Positions 52,354-64,000 of a stretch of DNA of 64,000 nt are shown here, in pieces (position 1 is the stretch's first letter; every line of letters begins with the position of its first letter). The notes under the pieces were generated by a model that was given only the letters and a program-made list of their open reading frames with translations, ran no database searches and was not told the origin of the DNA. Location: contig JBPGPT010000001.1 of assembly GCA_051047955.1 (NCBI GenBank), forward strand, positions 124,001 through 188,000, given 5' to 3'. Origin of the DNA: Cystobasidiomycetes sp. EMM_F5 (taxonomy: Eukaryota). A program made the position numbers and the translations under genes.

Positions 52354-53443
52354 TTATGCCAAGACGAAACTTGCCAGGACGAAAGTAAAGACCGTTACTC
52401 CCGTCAACGTGAAGCTACGAGATGATGACGCAGAATTGGTACGTGTCGTCGTTTGTGCTCCCGCCTGATTATTGATGGCACTGCTGGCCGAAGACAACGG
52501 TGTCAGTGATCTGCTCGAGCTCGTCGTGATCGTAATCAGCGTAGTCGATGCTGGAAGAGTCGAGAGTGTGACAGGCGATGACAGGGAAAGACTGGTCGTA
52601 GGCACACTGCTACGCGCTACCTCTGAGGTGCTCTGCTTTGTGCTTGTGCTCGTGGTCGAAGCGGTAGTCGAGCCGCCTACAATCTTGCCGGTACCCCAAG
52701 GAATCGCTGAGCCATCGGGCTCCAGGGCGTTGGGAGCAGGTACCTTGTGACAGGATTAGAAAGATTAGACCGAGAATCTAAACCCCTTAAATACTGTATC
52801 GGCATACCGTTTGGCCAGAAGCCGTCGCTATAGTAAAGCGAGTCGTCCATGTAGCGTTCATACCATTATTCGTAAATTCTGTGAGACCAGGTCGCGTTAT
52901 TTGATTTAGCAAGACTGCCGAATCTCCAAGGTAGTATATACGCACGATAGAAATAGATTGGAGCTGGTGGATCCACTGTCGGACACGGCCAGGTGAAGGA
53001 CCCTTCGCCAGTTGTGCCGTCAAGGCCAGTGACGACAGTAGTGAGCGGAACCATATGGAAGTTGTCGCCTATATATGCTTGATTAGTACCTCGTAGTCGC
53101 GGAACATCGCCACCGAGCTGCACCGACCTGTCATGAGCTGGATAGCCATATTTTTCCATGTCCCGGTGGTATCGAGCGTCCTGTAGACTACGGTAAGCAG
53201 GTATATTGGTGATAGAACGTCTCAATCACGTACCACCCAATTTTGCATGACGAGCCAGCATTGAGCACGACCCCTCCATATGGGTAATTTGGTCCGACGA
53301 CTGAAACGAAGCGACTGAGCGTGTAGGTAGACACTACTGGCGCACTCTGGCTACTTACTGGCGTTGACAGAGGTATTCATAGCGAAGAGCGCAACGGCGG
53401 CAAAAGTGAGCCGCGCTTTCGACATTGTAGCGTGTTTTGGCAT
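52354..53443 (-). CDS. GPI-anchored Kre9/Knh1-like N-terminal (Ser/Thr-rich GPI family) protein, copy 2
   Basis: Signal peptide, PYGGVVLNAGSSCKIGW, DTTGTWKNM, GDNFHMVPLTTV..LDGT, WPCPTVDPPAPIYFY, WTTRFTIA, IPWGTGKI, a Ser/Thr stalk and a GPI-like tail. Confidence 0.82.
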
Positions 53444-54011
53444 GGGTGATTCCTTTTGAGCGAGTGGGCAAACACGGTAGACGGAGTCTCTACAGAGTCC
53501 TTTTGAGCGTTGCGGAGATGTAGCGTGTCGTAGTTTTGTCGGGTCTTTGTTGGTGTTGTTGGGTTGCCCGTAGAGCGAGCGTGTTTGTTTGCGTTGTTTT
53601 CGTCGGATTGCCGCAGGTTTCAAAGGCGCTGCCTCTTGTCTGGCGGTGTTCCAATCTGCAGCGGACAGCTGTGCAGTCTGGCAAATGAATGTGGTGGAGT
53701 TGCGGAAGGCAGCCTGTAGTAAAGTTGGGTTGGCTCGCAAAGGGACGCCGGGGTCACAGCGGCCGGCACACAAGAGGACGATCGAGCGTCGCGGTCTGAG
53801 CGCAAGATCATCGCACGCAGTACTGCGTAGAAACATGGTATCTTGCAGTGAAAGCTAGTACACGCACTCATCTAATCGGGCTCTGTGCCCTTCTCTTACA
53901 GTTGCATTTTTGCTTTGCGTATATTGCGCAGTCTCTGTGAACCTAAGCTACGTTGCAAAGAAAGGCTGCACGAAGTTATCGTCAATTACAAGTTTCTGCC
54001 ATCATGTCGTC

Positions 54012-56738
54012 TTAATCGGCTTTTGCCAGAACAATTGCGGTACGAGTAGGCAGGTAGGCCTGGATATGGTTGCTCCTGCCGTTCCAGCCGAGAGGATCCG
54101 TAAAGTATTCCGTACTGTGGTCCAGTCTGCCGTGCCCTCCAAACGTCTTCTCGTCCGTGTCGAGGATGATCTTGTACTTGCCAGGAGTCTCTATACCTAC
54201 CCGATAGTCAGTGTAGCTGTTTGACCAGTGGAAGTTGAAGATGAAGAGAAGGCCAGCTCGCTCAAACACGACTACCTTGTCATTTTCATTCTTGAGCGAG
54301 ACGTATGCTTGCGGTGCTGATAGCCAATTATATCTGGCTTCCGTATTGTTCATCTCGGCATCAAATCGGTAGAGGTACTTGTAACGGAGCAAGTCGTCGT
54401 CAACCAGGTTGAACTGCCGTCGGGCGTATTGGAAGGAATCGCCATTACCAGCACGAGGGAAGTCGAGCCATTCTGGATGTCCAAATTCGTTGCCCTCAAA
54501 GTTGAGGTAGCCCTCTCCTCCCAGGGCGTGAGTGATCAGTCTGTGATCGTCGTACGCACAAATCGTCAGACTTTGAACATGCAGAATGTTTATCAACATA
54601 GCTCCGCACCTGATCATTTTGTGCAGAGACAGGCCCCTGTCAATGACTGGCGTGCGCTCCGTAATGTCCGACATGTGAGTATACATCTCCTTGTCCATCA
54701 ACCAGAACGCGATAGTCTTGTCGCCGACGAGAGCTTGGTCGTGCGATTCAGCATACGTAATGCTCTTCTCGCCGTGTCGCCGGTTTGTCAGGGTGAAGCA
54801 AATATTGCCAAAGTCCCATTCGCTGTCTTGCTTTTCCTTGAGCAGCTTGATCCACATGTCTGGCACCGCCATCATCAATCGGTAATCAAATCCGACGCCC
54901 GCTTCAGTCGTCGGACGACACAGCGCAGGCATTCCAGACACATCTTCCGCGATTGTGATCACGCTCTCTGCATAGAGCTCATGCAACATTTTGTTCGCCT
55001 ATTCAATGCACATCGGTCAGCGTGTATACTTGACCGTCTAGCACCTGGCACTGACCAGCATCAGGTAGACGACAGCCTCCACGTCGACTTGCATGCCAAA
55101 GTATTCGTGGTATCCGCCTGAGAAGCCTGTTCCCATCCCGTGATGAACGTACATCATGCTGGTCACCCCATCGAAGCGGAATCCGTCAAACATGTATTCG
55201 TCCATCCAGAATCGCAGATTGGAAAGCAGGAACCGCAGTACTTCGTGATTACCATAGTTGAATAAGCGGCTGTTCACACACGTGTGGAAACGGACATTTC
55301 AGTGTCTAGCGTATAATTCAGGACGAACATTGGCTCTTACCTGTCCCATAGATCATGGTTGCCCTTTGGTCCGCTATGAAAATAACAAGCATCCGTGCCG
55401 TCAAACATATTGAGGCCGTCTTCGACATTCTTCGATGCATGCGAGTGTACGACGTCCAGCAGTACGGTAAGTCCCATGCCGTGAGCCGTATCAATCAGCT
55501 CCATTAGATCCTCGGGCGTGCCTGATACAAAGACTCTCATCAGCCTCATCCCTGCAAAGTCCACGAAGGCGCTACCAACCGTATCTTGACGACGCGCAAA
55601 AGAAGCTGGTGATTTGGTAACCGAAGCTTGCGTAATACTGACGAGTAACATTGTCAGTGCTGTCGTAACATCGAAGAGGTTCGCTCACAGCATGTTCCAT
55701 CACCGCCATCATTTGTACGGTATTGTAGCCGAGATACTTGATTTTGGGCAGGATATTTGCCGTAAATTCCTTGTAAGTCCCGACCCGCAAATCCGGCGTG
55801 GAGATGCCGACTATCACAAAGTTCGGTCAGGTTGACTGAGGGACAGACTGAAAGCACCTACCATGCGCTTCGTATACTTTCACAGCTTTCGGTGCAGGCG
55901 GCCGTTTGTTCTTGAAGACATACTTTTGCGGAGGATTCCAGAAAATCGCATCATACATTGGCGATACTTTCAAGTCTTGGGTAACGCGTCTGTCGATGTC
56001 TATTTAAGCAGATTAGTCTTATCGAGGTGATACTCATACCCACTTGATCCAGACCGGTAATCGGTCGAAAGATTCGCCAGATCCTTTAGTCATGGTGATC
56101 TGAGTTTAGCGGCTTATGTCAGCCGAGTATACTACGAGCGTACCCCATCTGCATCTACCTTGACTTTCGTATTGTGGGGAATGGCTGTTTGCCCATTCTT
56201 TGGCGGTAGCGTAATTTCCCACACGCCATACGGATTGCGCTTCATAGGGTGAGATTGCCTGTCCCATCCGTCTGTGGACAGAACGTGCAAATTAGTGACT
56301 GACATCTTGGACATATCGATGGCTTCTGCCTACTGAATTCGCCAATCAAATGAGCTGAGGCAGCGCCGGGAGCCCACTCTCTGTAGCTTATGGAATTGTC
56401 GCTGTGTACTTGAAAGCCCATGTTCTGATAGCTCTTGGAAAACTTGTCGAGTCCGCCTTCGTGCTCGTTGATGGTATTGATCCATTTCTCGAATAAGCCG
56501 TACCTGCAGAATGTTTGACGTTAATTCGAATGTCGCAGCAGCGTAAGGTTGCGACCGCAGCCGTACCGATAGTTGATTCCCTCTGCAAATGGTTCTAGCC
56601 TGTGTGCGCCATACCATCCTGCAGTCTCAGTCCAAAGTCTCCATCAAGCAGGAATAGGGGCAGCAGGCGGAGACCTCACCAAGGGTCCTGGTCGATGAGG
56701 GCTTTGGCTGCACCGAGGTCCTTCTTGACTTCAGTCAT
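54012..56738 (-). CDS. GLC3: 1,4-alpha-glucan branching enzyme (GH13_8)
   Basis: [79 protein letters not shown]. Confidence 0.97.
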
Positions 56739-57052
56739 AACGTCGACGTATGTGCGCACTCAGTGAGCGCTTTTGTGTGCCAGATACAGACTTGCAGCCG
56801 TGTTGGTCTTAGTCGCAGCTTGGTCTCGCACGACGTGACGCAGTGTGGTCGCCCCTCAGACGGTACCTGAAACTCGATCACGCACAGAGCTCGCTTGAAG
56901 CGGAGAAGAAGCAAGAGATGGTCGCAAGAAGACGACTACAGATACTCGCATGCCCATATACATCCGGCTGTGATCGTCTCTCCCGGCTAGCCGCTAACAT
57001 TGTACTATTGCTACACATTTGTGATGTTACTGATCCGAGCGAGTTGCGCAGT

Positions 57053-59266
57053 CTACACATAGTCATCCAAGCCCAACTGTTCGCTGACGACCACTTTGCG
57101 CTGGATGTAGCGAATCACAAAAACAGAAACAGCCGTCATCAGAAAGACTGCGTCAAACAGCCTCGTGAATATCCGGAAATCCGGCAGTGTCTCTAGGAGA
57201 GGGGCAGCTCCCTTTTCGTTGTCTGCATCGCTAGTAGGCAGGGAGATGAGAGAAGTGATGAGGTATATCGACTGGAGACTCGAACACGTTAGCAATGCCT
57301 GCAAAGCGACGTCGTTAGCATACTGACCATGAGCTGCGATAGAAAGAGTAGCATGAACGAAGCACTGTTGCCAGCACTAGTAGCCCGAAATACCTGTGCA
57401 ATCAAGTGTACGTCGCATGATTTAGTCAAGCTCGTCGTTCTTGATACAAATCGGCACTTACCCTCGAGACGTAGCTCAGAACGAAATTCATGTTGACTAT
57501 AATGATGCTTCCGACAAGGACGAGGCCCGCTACTTTTGACCAGGTATGGACGTCGATATCCCAACCAAAAGCAGTGGCAATGTACGAGAAAACAGCACCA
57601 GCTAGATCGGCTGGTGGTGTACGCTTCTGCCCTTCAGGCGAGCCGCTGGCAAAATAGTGCCCGAATACCAGATTAAAGCCAGACTAGACCAAGAATGCGG
57701 CAGCAAAGTCAGTCCAGAGAGTCTGCAAAGTCATCAATCGCCGTAAATGTGCTTACCACGAGGATGCGATAGACGCAATATATGGAGAATATGTAACCCA
57801 ACGTCTGTCGAGCAAACCCTGTCCAAGTCTTGCTCAGTTCGCTAATCTCCTTGCGTCGTTTTATGAGGTGCAGGTCGCGCGTCATTTGCGCTTCCATCGC
57901 CTCAAGCCCAGCAATCTCGTCTTGGAGAGATTTGACTTCTGTGATGCCGTTGATGCAGTCAGCTTCATAGTACACCGTATTGGCAGACAACGTACTCGTA
58001 GCATGAGGCGATGAACCAAACACTTTGGAGAAGAAACCTTGAGATTGACCGTCGCTGTTCGAAGAGGATTGTAATGCTGCAATCTCGGCCCTTCGGCCTG
58101 CCAGATCGTGCCGCATCTGAGCCAGTGAACGGGCAGCAGCATTGATATGACCATCAGTGACAGCTTCACTGAAAGCGGGAATCCGGCAACATCAGACTAA
58201 GGCTACTCTATCCCACGGAGGACCAAAGGCGCACCTTCTGAAACGTTCTCGCCAAATGAAGGCTTCCCATGCGGAATTGACGGCTGCGCCTCCTGATAGA
58301 GCCGCGATGAGCACCGTTCCTGGAACACACAGTCGGTCCAACGTCATGGCTATTATACCAGTCTGTTTCCCAGTCTCGACGCCCATTACGATTGCCAGCC
58401 AGTTGCCGACGGTGAACAAGCCTAGCAACCAAGCTCCGAAAGGAATGGCAGTGACGAAGACGAGCCGCTTCGTGCTAGCGCTTGTCGCTGTTGTCATATA
58501 TTTCGGTTGGCGTCAGCATGAACCTTGTTGACCGTTCTACAAACGCCTCACCTTTTGTGCGCATAGAGAAAAGCAGCGACATGCCCAGCGGAATTATCAG
58601 TACGATGAGGGCCAGAACGATAACGAGAGACATTGTCCAATTCAGGTAGCGAGCCCTGCGCACGCGACGTAAGCTTCAGCTGCGTGGAGAACCCTGAGGA
58701 GTAGTATCTCAAACATACAATGGTCCCACAACTGCTCCGAAGAGCAGTAGCGTAAAGAGGGTCATACATTCTGACACGGACAAGCAGAAGACGGCTGACG
58801 AAAGAGTGCGCGGCACTCCAGCTCCGGCCTTGCTTGCATTCTCTCGCAATACTCTGGTATTAGCGCCTGATCCAGACCTCCGCCTATTTGACATGTTTGC
58901 GCGACCTGCAGCGGTAGACGTGGACGAGGCGGACATTGCAGGCAGTATTACGCTGTTTGAGCTAGTTGCCCCACTTCGGAGATTGTACAGCTGATCTCGG
59001 AAGCTCTGTCCATTGCCCGGTACCGCACTGAAGGGTGTCCCTGGCTGGTCTTCCTGAGAGTCCGGTGAGGACGGGCCAAAGCCGCTGGAATTGGCGCCGT
59101 ACGATGCGCCTGCCGTGCTCGTCTCATCGCGAATGACCTGTCGCAGGTCGGCGTAGAGGGAGCGCTGCAAATACTGCTGCGCCAGGCCAAAGTAGACTGC
59201 GCGAAGTCCGAGCAGAACAACCGTCTCGAGGGCCAACCGGCCTGTCGATTCTTTCGAGGCCGACAT
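57053..59266 (-). CDS. Golgi pH regulator GPR89/GPHR (ABA-GPCR-like) membrane protein
   Basis: RLCVPGTVLIAALSGGAAV, EIAGLEAME, GYIFSIYCVYRI, LLFLSQLM.IYLITSLI, FTRLFDAVFL. Confidence 0.88.
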
Positions 59267-59433
59267 TGTCTCCCTAGCTGCAGCTGTTGTTCCTCATTCA
59301 GTGTGGCAGCATCTCATGCCAGGTTGTTGTCGGAAGCAAGAGCGCGTAGGCTGAATTAGGCGAAGTCGACGTGGAACTGGTCTCCAGCCTGCATTTACGA
59401 CAACCGAATACTGCAAAGTCAACTATTCGAGCC

Positions 59434-60626
59434 ATGTCTCGTATGGATATGCTCCCCAGAAGCTCATCGAGCGACTCTGACAGCGACAACGACATCGTAG
59501 CTTCATCCTCGTCACCGCAACAGCCAGCATTCAGCGTCCAAGAACTCCGGGAGCGCCGTCGAGCTGCGTTTGGGCGACAGCCAGCGACCAGCTCGAGCAC
59601 GGCAGTCTCGAGTACGTTGCAGTCTCAACCTGAAATTCTCACGCCGCAGATGGCGGATTCGACCACTCTCATTGCCGGCACATCGTCATCCCCACCACCG
59701 GCTGTCGTATCGTCGCCAGCGTCTGTCAAAGGCAAGGAAAGAGCAGTCAATCAGGATGGAACAGTCCTGGAGGGCGTGTCAGATCCTACCGTGACAGAGG
59801 TCAAGCCTGAGCTCCCTGCAGCCTCGGACCACAGCCCTTTCGCGTGCCATATTTGGTGAGTTCGCTCGAAGGGCCATTTCCAACTCTCGTATACTCACTC
59901 GGTTTACACTTGCGCTCCAGTCTCGAGACACCGGCAAGCGATGATTGTGTGGTGACACGTTGCGGGTAAGCCGTCTGCACCCTTATTCACACTCTGGTAC
60001 TGCCGCGTACTAATCTGCAGCTTTCAACAGACACCTATTCTGCTGTACGCATTTGCACGATTGCATTGACTTCCCTCATCTCATACATTGTTCGCAGGGA
60101 GCGATATATCCGCCTGGCTAGATTCGGATCCTCCGCGAACCTCGTCCTGTCCGGTATGCAAGAGTGCCATCAAGGACACTCAGGAAGACATCTTTCCAAT
60201 CTACTCTGGTGGGACGGACAGCAAAAAGCAGATCGATCCGCGTACAAAGCCTCGACCGAAACCAAAAGTTGAAGCAGCACCACCTCTTGCCCGCCCTGGC
60301 GGATTTGGCCTGTTTGACAACGGAGGCTGGCAGATACAGGCAGGAATGTTCCTTCCTGGTCTATCTCTAGGCTGGTCAAACGCACCGCGCATGCAACCAT
60401 TCATGAATCCGAGGCTGTTTCCTGGTGCACCTCCAGTCACACCTCAACAGCAAGCTGCAGCGCAGGAACAGGCACGCGTACAGCAAAGGAACGCACTCAT
60501 TGCATTCGCTGTCATGATTGTCCTCTTTTCGATATGTAGGTTGAAAGTAAGGGGCAACAGTGACAATGACCAACTGACGTGCCATCGTTAATAACAGTGG
60601 CTACCATTGAAGACATGGACTACTGA
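59434..60626 (+). CDS. C3HC4 RING E3 ubiquitin ligase, RNF5/RMA1-like, tail-anchored
   Basis: FACHIC|LE..DCVVTRCG|HLFC|W..ISAWL...CPVCK..IFPIY and a C-terminal TM segment ALIAFAVMIVLFSI. The RING is spread over micro-exons. Confidence 0.85.
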
Positions 60627-60745
60627 CTATATCTGGACAGCATTCAGGCCTTGTAGATTTTGACGGTCGCATTGCCGTTTCTGCACCACCACGTCGCGAC
60701 CTCCGTAACTGCCACTTGTCCGCTCGGCCCTACGTAGCTACAGGG

Positions 60746-63020
60746 TTACCTGTCTCCTTTCACTCTCGCCTTGTAATACTCAATACCTCTCCGGACGGCG
60801 TGCATACAAGGTTCAAGTGCCTGTCTAACAGCGTTCGGATCGGCGTTATGCTGCTTCTCAGCATCCGCTGCAACAGTGTCAACTCGATACTGTGTCTTTT
60901 CGAGATATTCGACCATTCGCTGTGCCTTGGCTGCTTTCTGCTGCGGGGTAGAAGAAGCCGCTGCGGAAATATCGTCGGGTCGAGGAGGTAATACCGCAGA
61001 CCAAAAGTGGCGCAGAAACTCGTTGGCTGCGGCCTGACACGATATCATGGCTCGCAAGACTGGTTCCGGGAACAATTTAGCATTTGCTGAAGCACTGGAC
61101 GATGCTGATGCATTATTTGCTATCCGGGAGATGATGTTGGTCTGTAAGGAGTCGAGCGCCTGGCTGGCTGCCGTCCGAGAAAAGTGAAACTTTGCAAGTT
61201 CAGGATGCCATTGTTTCAAACGCTTGCGAGACGCCTGGATAATGGCTACAGCCTCATCATCGTTGGTATGCTTAAGCGATGGAGAGCCTGTCTCGACTGC
61301 ACTTTCGCCAGCTCCTGTGCTGGACAAGCCTTCGTACATGCCATCGCGGTCTCTTACGTCAAGTGGAATGGCTTCGTCGCGTTCCTCTGGCTGTAAATCC
61401 TCGTAGATGATGTCGTCATAGTATTTGCGAGCCTGTCGTTCGAGGGAAATCAGGCTTCAGTCTTGGCCACGGAAGCGCATTATCCTTGTATGCTTACGCC
61501 CGCGTTCCCTCCGTCCAGAGATATAGCCGTCCGATTCCGTCGGTCATTGCCTCCTCTGCCAGTCGTTGCGTTAGTGTGCCTTATCGCCCGCAATGAATAC
61601 GAATGAGCTCACAGTGCGGATTCTAATAAGCGCTCGGAGTGCTCGTTGAATTTCCGCATCAGGGGAAGACTTTTGCGTTGCGACCCAGCTCGCATGGTAA
61701 AATCTTTTGCATTACCCGTTTCTCCGTGATCCTCTTCCGTAGCAGCGAGGTCTAGTAAGCGATATACGTCATCTTGCCGCATATTTTTGGGCTCGATATC
61801 GTCGTCTTCATCCTCAAGGTACTTGTCGAATATAGCGTCATCCTTGATATTACCGCCGGCACCACTTAGGCCGGCACCCCTCCCGCTGGCACGATGTCTA
61901 TCAAAGAGTCGGGAATGGAAATAGCGTTGCCAGAAATCTCCCTCCCCGAGCGCATCAGGCACATTGTCGCTATAAGCGCGTGCGACTATAGGGTACTGAT
62001 CGAATATGTCCTTGATGAGCTGCGATGACAGTTTGATCTTGACGTCTCCGCTCTCAGTCTGCTCGGGTCTGGGATCCACCATTTGCGCGCTGCGGCCAGA
62101 GATTTGCCCTGATGCGGAAGCTTCTGCTAGAAGCATGTACTCCCTGCCTTCCCAAAACTCTTCGTCACTGATCTGACCTGTTCTCACAAGCTCGGTGTGT
62201 AGTGCATTCAACTCTGCGTTTTTTTTCAACAACCGCGAGCGTAAAGTCCAGTCCTTTGTGGGATCCACTTGAGCAGACGCAGCGGCCATTGCCATGGGAC
62301 CATTCGCTTGAGTAGATGGAACTACAGCTGAAGACCCTGACGTCGATGCCTGAACTTGTGCAGCCATTACGGCGGCCGCATTTGCAGCCACTTGTGCGGG
62401 TGATGGTAAGCCGTTGTACAAACTCGAGTTCGGGCTAACGCCGTTCGCGGCAGGTGTGGAGGGACCAGAGACTGTAGCGGAGTAAGGTGGTGGCATGTTC
62501 GCAACGGATGCAGCCGCAGCTTGACGGTTCTTGGCAATGATGAGCGGAATCTCGCGCTTGAAATGCTCACGGTCCGACACTGCCGAAGGACCGGACGTGA
62601 AGCTGAGGGGTCCGAGGTACTTTGAGCATCAGTGCGAACCCACCTTGCGTGACAGGAGCTTACGTGAAGTTGTAGGCTTCTTCATTGGAACCGCCCACAA
62701 TGTCGAGGACGCCGACCTTGAGGACCACCTTGGCACCGCCTTCCTTGGACACAGATAATGCTGCAATGTTGTCATTGTTGAATAGTAGCAGCTTAGACGA
62801 CACATTGCACTCTAGTCACGAAGACTGCAAGCATACAATTTAGACGGCTGTGCTTGAAGCTGAGTTCGCCGTCAGTATTGGTCGAGCCTTGAAGCTGCCA
62901 TACGAGATCATTGCGCGTAAGAGTAAGCGTTCCAGGTTTCTTCCTGTAGGATGCGCTAGCTTGACACAGGTTCGCTGGCCCTTTGCCTTTGCCCGGCGAT
63001 TTCCCTGCAAGTGCTGCCAT
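60746..63020 (-). CDS. TFB1: TFIIH subunit Tfb1/p62
   Basis: N-terminal PH-like YRKKPGTL, BSD domains (LLKKNAELNALHTELV...EEFWEGR; IFDQYPIV...FWQRYFHS), DLAATEEDH, KFNEHSERLL, EFLRHFWS. Confidence 0.93.
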
Positions 63021-64000
63021 AATTTCGAGGTTATGCCTGAGGGATGCAACGTCCTAGAACATCATTTGTCATTGCATACAGACATACATAGTGGTTGCAC
63101 GTATACCAAACCAACTCGGACCCCAAACGCCGATTGTAGGTTGGAAGCGCTTTATTCCAACACAATCGGGATTGTCGACGAGCCGACGACGTTACATGTC
63201 TGTTACAGCAGCTACTTCCACCCGCCACACATTAATATTACTATGTGCAGGCATTTTGGTGCTCGCCAATTAACGAAAAGCTACGTGGGAATCGTCCATC
63301 GATGACGGGCAAGACGGCCAATGGCCTTGACAAATCAGATGCTGTGTGCGAATAGGCAAAGCAAGCGCTAACGGATGATCACTCTTATTGGAGATCAGCG
63401 TCCAGGCCGAAAAGATGCTAGACATCGGAGCCCCCACGCCATCCAGGTCAACAATCTCCCGCGAGAGCATCCCAACAACAACAATAATGTTACATGCATA
63501 CGATGCCATACGTACATACATATAACGGGCCATGTTTATACAATCCCGGACCGGCTCCTGGATATTATTGTAGTCGAGAGCCATGGCCGGTTCTCCCGTC
63601 AGCAGCTGCGGCCCCCAGCGACGCGAAGCAGCACAAGGATCGATTGCGTCTCATCAAGCTGCTGCCACCGATCCTCCCTTTCTGGCGCTAAAAGGACGGT
63701 AATCTTTGGCCAGCCGCTACGTGGACAATGACAGCCTTACGGAAACGGAGGATGCATTGTACGGATGACGGTTCGAGCAGTAGTCGTCTGGTTGCTGAAG
63801 TCTATGCGGTATTACATACTCTGAAGTGCTAAGCGAGACTGTTCAGACAGTTCGCACAGTTCGAACAGTACGCTGTGCAAGAGGGTGATTTTCACTGAAT
63901 TTACTGAATCCGGATGGTTTCCGGTGCGGTGTGATGTCTCGACGCCTGTAGTACAGTAAAGCGCATCTTAGGGGGGTCCTCTGTCGAGCTGGCTGTCGAC

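Noticed and set aside
63021..64000. Short ORFs and an (AAC)n-like run upstream of TFB1
   Set aside because: No recognisable product; the window ends before a gene model can be supported.

Overview
Gene-dense eukaryotic DNA from a compact fungal genome. Introns are mostly 50-70 nt GT-AG with CTRAC/CTRAY branch points, intergenic gaps are short, and the proteins look basidiomycete-like (possibly Pucciniomycotina; inference). I reconstructed about 27 protein-coding genes by hand. Housekeeping genes: TRM11, yippee, GGPP synthase, ankyrin-PH-ORD oxysterol-binding protein, MoCF/CinA-like protein, Tom6-like, PMR1, two Pcl/Pho80-type cyclins, ADP1-type ABCG, PP5/PPT1, Mpr1/Spt10-type GNAT, PDH1/PrpD, GLC3, GPR89, an RNF5-like RING E3 and TFB1. 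Surface genes: tandem pairs of CFEM and of Kre9/Knh1-like GPI proteins. I saw no mobile elements, RNA genes or CRISPR arrays. Three things stand out. (1) A ~1263-aa protein fuses an Acyltransferase-3 membrane domain to an Egghead/BRE-3-type GT2 beta-1,4-mannosyltransferase domain. (2) Two unusually long introns contain no AG dinucleotide for 628 nt and 348 nt between a branch-point-like motif and the 3' splice site; the longer one also carries an in-frame alternative N-terminal ORF. (3) A secreted leishmanolysin-like zincin has its HExxH motif split by an intron. All gene models are manual and their boundaries are approximate.
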